DNA of 64,000 nucleotides from Vicugna vicugna. Its lineage: Eukaryota. The notes beneath the pieces were generated by a model. It was not told the DNA's origin, made no database searches, and saw only the letters and a list, made by a program, of their open reading frames with translations. The stretch covers positions 372,001 to 436,000 of the forward strand of contig MU057700.1 of the NCBI GenBank assembly GCA_013265495.1. Reading direction: 5' to 3'. Position numbers and translations under genes: made by a program. Below are positions 59,511 to 64,000 of the stretch, piece by piece. Position 1 is the first letter of the stretch. Each line of letters begins with the position of its first letter.

Positions 59511-62334
59511 ACACAGCTCAGTGGGCAGGTGACTCACATGTTATCCCTGCAATGTTCCTTGCTTCCGATCAGGTGAGGCCTCCCTGGAGCCCCTTGGGTC
59601 TGGCCCAAAAACACAGTACAGGGAAGGGAGCGTGGAGGTCAAAGCCAGCGTAGACGCGGATCCCAGCAGGCTTGCCCAGGTTGAGTGGAGCGGCTGTTGA
59701 GGGTAGGAGGTGGGACGGGATGCTCTGCGACTAAGGACCCAGGTAGCTGTGGAGACTTAGGGAGGTCCAGGCAGGTCCAATGGTGCTAAGAAGGCCAGCC
59801 ATTAGGAGTGGAGGCTGGGTGCAGGGACAGGAAACCTTGGCCCTGGGGGGCCTTGCGGGGAAGGGGAAACAGAGTCAGGAGCAAGCACAGCTCAGTTGTT
59901 GGGGCACTGGAAGGCCAGGTGGCATTCCTGGAACTACTGATTGAGGCATTTCAGGCCCCTGCCTGGGGCCAGATGTGGTCAGAGCAGGTTTGGGAAGGGG
60001 TCTCAGTCCCTCCTGCAGGCAGTGTGATGCAGGGGCTGGAGGCACAGACTCTGAGGCTGACTTCATGCTGTTAGCTGACTGCTCAGTGCCTCAGTCTCCC
60101 CTCTGTAAATGGGGGTAATAATTGTACCTACCACTGTACTCTGCTGCTTCAGTGGGGTGTTGAGGTGGAGGCAGGTCTGTCACCAGCCCTTCCTTGTCCC
60201 CCATGGCTTGCCGTCCTCTAGGCACAGCTGCAAGGGGAGCCAATGCCCACCAGCTGGCTCTCAGGGCCCCACAGTAGGGCTCCCTGCCCCTCCAGTGTCA
60301 AATATGCTATCCCCATAACACACTCGTGATACGCCAGGCTGGTCTCCCAAGGGGTGGCCCAGGGGTGCTCTTCACCTAACTCTGTACCTCATATGCACAG
60401 CTGGTGTTTGCAGACAGGGCCTCAGCCTGGCTGGTGGGAGGATCTTCCCTTGGGCCTGACAAGGAGCTGGTACCTGAGTGGAGTCATTTTTCTCCTCTGC
60501 ATTTCCTGCGCCACCTCTCTTTCCTCCCTTACTTCCTCCGCTCTCCCTTTCTCCTTCTTCCCCACCTCCTTTCTCCCTTCTCTGAAAGAATCTCTTCTCC
60601 AGTCCTTTCTCTCAGTGCAAGAACCAAGCTAGTTGCATCAATGAGGCCTCAGGGTCTTCATCTGTAAAGTGGGAATAGTAATACAGTGACTGCCTGGCAG
60701 TGATGTGAGGCTCAGCTCAAATGAAGCATTTGGCAGGAGTTTCTGGCTCCCTAGAAAGTGATCATCTTTCTTGCTCTTCTTCCAGGGTCCTCTGAAGTCC
60801 AAGGAGCTGTGTGAGTGGTAGGCTAGTGGTATGGTGTGAAGGTTGCAGGTCGGCTCTGGCTTGTATCCCGGCTGTCTCTCTGGGCTGGATAACCTCAGCA
60901 TGTTCCCAGTATGTCTGGGCTTCAGCAAAGTGGAGTTCCATCCACCCAGGTGCCCGAGGACAAGTCAGTCCTCGGCAGTCAGTATGAGCTGTCAATGTTA
61001 TCACTGATTGTCATCTACTGTAGAGGCTGAGGCCAAGAGGCCAAAGGGGTCAGTGGACACTTGCTAAGGTAGCACAGAAAGCTGGTGGTCTCTAAACCCA
61101 AGCTGTCTGCTTCCCTCAGCTCTGGCTTCCCACTTACATAGGTAAGGAGTCACACCCTGTATGGGGATGGCAGTCAGTGAGGCTGGCCTGCAAGAGCCTA
61201 CTAACCTGTCTCTCACCTGCCCCCCACCCCCCATCACATGACCTGCAGCTTTCTCAGTGGAAGGAGAGAGAGCCCCGGAACCCCAGAGTCCTCTTTGCTG
61301 CAGCAGCACTTACGTGAGTGTGTAATTACACACTGGGGAGTGGTGGGTTGATTAATGTTCAAGCCCCACCGGGCACTGGGGGCTTTGCTCCCACACAGTC
61401 CCCAGCCAAAGGGTACCGCTGGCCCGAGGCCACTGAAACCTGATGGGGCCTCAGGCTTGGCAGTGCCCACCTCTTGCATCAAGGACACCAAAGAGAAGGC
61501 CCACTCTGGCTCCCAAGCAAGCCATGGAGAGCTCAGCGAGCTTGAATTGGCCAGCCCAGCTGATACGGCCTGAATGCTTTTTAGAAAAAACATCTCCCAA
61601 GGCAGTTTCATAATCTGCCTTGTAATGCAGATTTAGACAAGTTTTTACGAATGCACTTTTTAAAATAGGTCTTAATGGATCCTTTGCAGTAGTTACAGTC
61701 CATTGTGTAAATGCAAACAGAAGGCTTTTTGAAAACATGTATTATTGATCAGAAAGGCAGCAGCAATTAGAAGCCAGTGTGTCATATCATTCAACACACA
61801 CTTCCTATACTGCCCTGCTGGTGCTCACTCATAACTTTCTGACAAATTATCCTGTCACTAGGCAGCCTTTTCTTTTCCTTTTTGCTTGTGAAAGCCAAGA
61901 TGGACCTCCCCATTGGTTATTAGCTAGAGGTGGGTGAAATATGAAAAATTAAGCTTACCTTTGCCATCGCAAAACCTATTTACGACTTCTCCAGTTTCAA
62001 GCTGAAACGGCGAAACCTTCAGGGAAGATGGATGATGCTTCTCTATTTGGTCTATGGCCCACAGTGAAAAAACAGAACAAAACAAAACTGGTGGCAGGTA
62101 GCATGTGCTGTGGGAGGGCTGAATCACAAAATCAGGGAGGTGTGAGCTGGAAGCCCTGCTTTGGGGAAGGATGCTTAATGAGTGTCCACAGGAAGGGGCC
62201 CCAAACATCCCTTTCCAGCCATGGACCCTAAAATGATCAACTAGCATAAAGCTGAGACTTGTTTTTGCTAAAACTCATATTTCACTCTATCTGTCATCTG
62301 AGCTGCACATTTTCCATTCACCCTTCCTCTTGCA

Positions 62335-62450
62335 AAAGCTCATTTATTTAGCAAACATTTGCTGGGTGCTTACTGTATTCCAGGCACAATTTTCAGCAAG
62401 GGAGACATTACAGTGAACTCAACAAAGACCTTACCTTTGTGGTATTTCTC
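62335..62450 (-). mobile_element. L2 3' end fragment
   Basis: catttatttagcaaacatttgctgggtgcttactgtattccaggcac. Confidence 0.55.
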
Positions 62451-63386
62451 ACAGTCACCAACACAGGAGGCACATATGCAGTGCCTTGGAAAGTGACCCC
62501 AGATGGGGAGGGACCCAGGGCAGGGCCCCTGTCAGGGCTGGATGCCCAGGGAAACTGACTTTGGGCAAAGAAGTTGGAGCTGTGGGGACAGTGCTGCCCA
62601 CAGGGAGCAGGGAGGGGACAGGACGGGCCTTGGAGTTTCCTACACTTGGAATGAGGCCCCTGCAGAGAGGAGAGGCTGTCTTTTGTCTTCCCATGAGAGC
62701 ATCTCCTGGACATCCTCACCCCTCTGGAAGCTGCTACTCTGATCGCTGAGAGGGTGATAGCCGGCAGAATCTGCAAAGTGAGCACTCTGGCCTGGGCAGT
62801 CTTTTGGAGCTGAAAAAACCTGCTGTGCTCTCGGCGTGCTGACAAGTAGGAAGTTCATTGACTTAATGCCCTGTAATGGCTTCCAAAGTCTCCTTGCCCA
62901 GGATGGGTTGGGCTGCAGCTCCAGGCACAGCGTGCAACTTCTACATCCATCTCAGGCCTGAGGGTGCTGAGGCGGTGTGCTGTGAGCTGGAGGGGTCGGG
63001 GAGAAGGGGGTCAGCAACCCCCTGTGGGAAGGCACAGAGTTTGAGGGCGTAGCCTGGGAGGCTCCCCCAGCCCCCAGTGTTTGCAGACAGACAAGAGCAA
63101 TAGGGCACTTACTTGTCTCCCTCTCCCCATTTCCCCGCCCCCGACCCTGCAAGTGCCCCAGAAGACATTACTCAGCTATTTCAAGCCCCCAGGGGTAGGG
63201 GGGCTCCTGATCTCAAGAAGATCAAGGGTGCCCTCTTTGCTTCCTCTCAGGCATCTCCCTAAGGTCACTACCTGAGCCTAGGTCTAGCTGGGGCTCCCAG
63301 CCTTGCTGCAGGCCGCTTATATAGGCCAGATGGGGCCCCTCCCTGCTTGCTGAGAAGTTTGCCAGCCTGGCCTTCATCCCCTAGAA

Positions 63387-63590
63387 CAGTGCGGTCCAGT
63401 GGAACTTTCTGCAATGGTAGTAACTTCCCATTCCGCACTCTCCGATGTGATGGCCACTAGCCAAGTATGGCTCTTGAGCACTTGAAATGTGGCTAGTGTG
63501 ACTGAGGAACTGAATTTTTAATTTTACTGAATTTATAGTAATGTAAAATTAAGTAGTCATAAGTGGCTGGTGGATTTACTGGGCACTGAA
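63387..63590 (+). mobile_element. MER3-like hAT-Charlie MITE
   Basis: gaactttctgcaatg...gccactagcca...gagcacttgaaatgtggctagtgtgactgaggaactgaattttta. Confidence 0.85.
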
Positions 63591-64000
63591 GCTCTAAGAA
63601 ACACCTCCCCAGCCTCTCCCTGGGGCTCCCGGGGGCTGGGCAGGCCTCTTGCCCAAACCCCACCCCACCCCTACTGGAATGAGAGCAGAGAAACCAGAGC
63701 CTGCTTGGTCACCCTCCCCAGTGGGCTCTCTGATCTAGCAGCTTCCACTCGGTTTCCTGGTGGTTTGAAGATGCCATAGCGCCCCTGAAGAGAATGGCGG
63801 TGTGGCTGGGGTTCACTCTGGGCATGCGCTCTTGCTGTGGGGCATCTTCTGTTTTCCTCTGGGCCTAGCCCCAAGCCTGCCCACGCCTCCTGAAACCCCT
63901 GCCTCCTGCCGGCTGGTGTGGTGAAGGCTGCAGGGCCCTGCTCTCTAGGGCCTCTTTGGAAAAGGGCTGATGAGTTCGTGCATATTAAGATGTGGTGATG

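Overview
Mammalian genomic DNA holding one complete gene, the RET proto-oncogene (receptor tyrosine kinase), on the minus strand. All 20 coding exons were traced by hand with canonical GT-AG boundaries and consistent phases: ATG at 56463, RET9 stop at 5653, RET51 stop at 4251, giving predicted 1070 and 1112 aa proteins. The window also has a CpG-island promoter with an assembly gap, a ~24.7 kb intron 1 containing the likely ortholog of the MCS+9.7 Hirschsprung enhancer, about 7 kb of upstream flank, and L1/L2/MIR/hAT repeats. The repeat content (no Alu, Bov-tA, PRE1 or B1 noticed; artiodactyl-type L1 3' ends) suggests a non-primate, possibly camelid, genome (inference). I found no new multi-gene system. 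The best leads are variations on RET biology: an intact, open RET43-like terminal exon inside the 3'UTR, loss of the D707 caspase site (D>E) and of the RET51 K1107 ubiquitin acceptor (K>Q), a substitution cluster in the kinase alphaC region, a strong-Kozak uORF, an in-frame duplicated exon 6 acceptor, and a divergent base at the rs2435357-equivalent enhancer position. Residue numbers are human RET numbering. All cross-species comparisons are from recalled sequences and need alignment confirmation.
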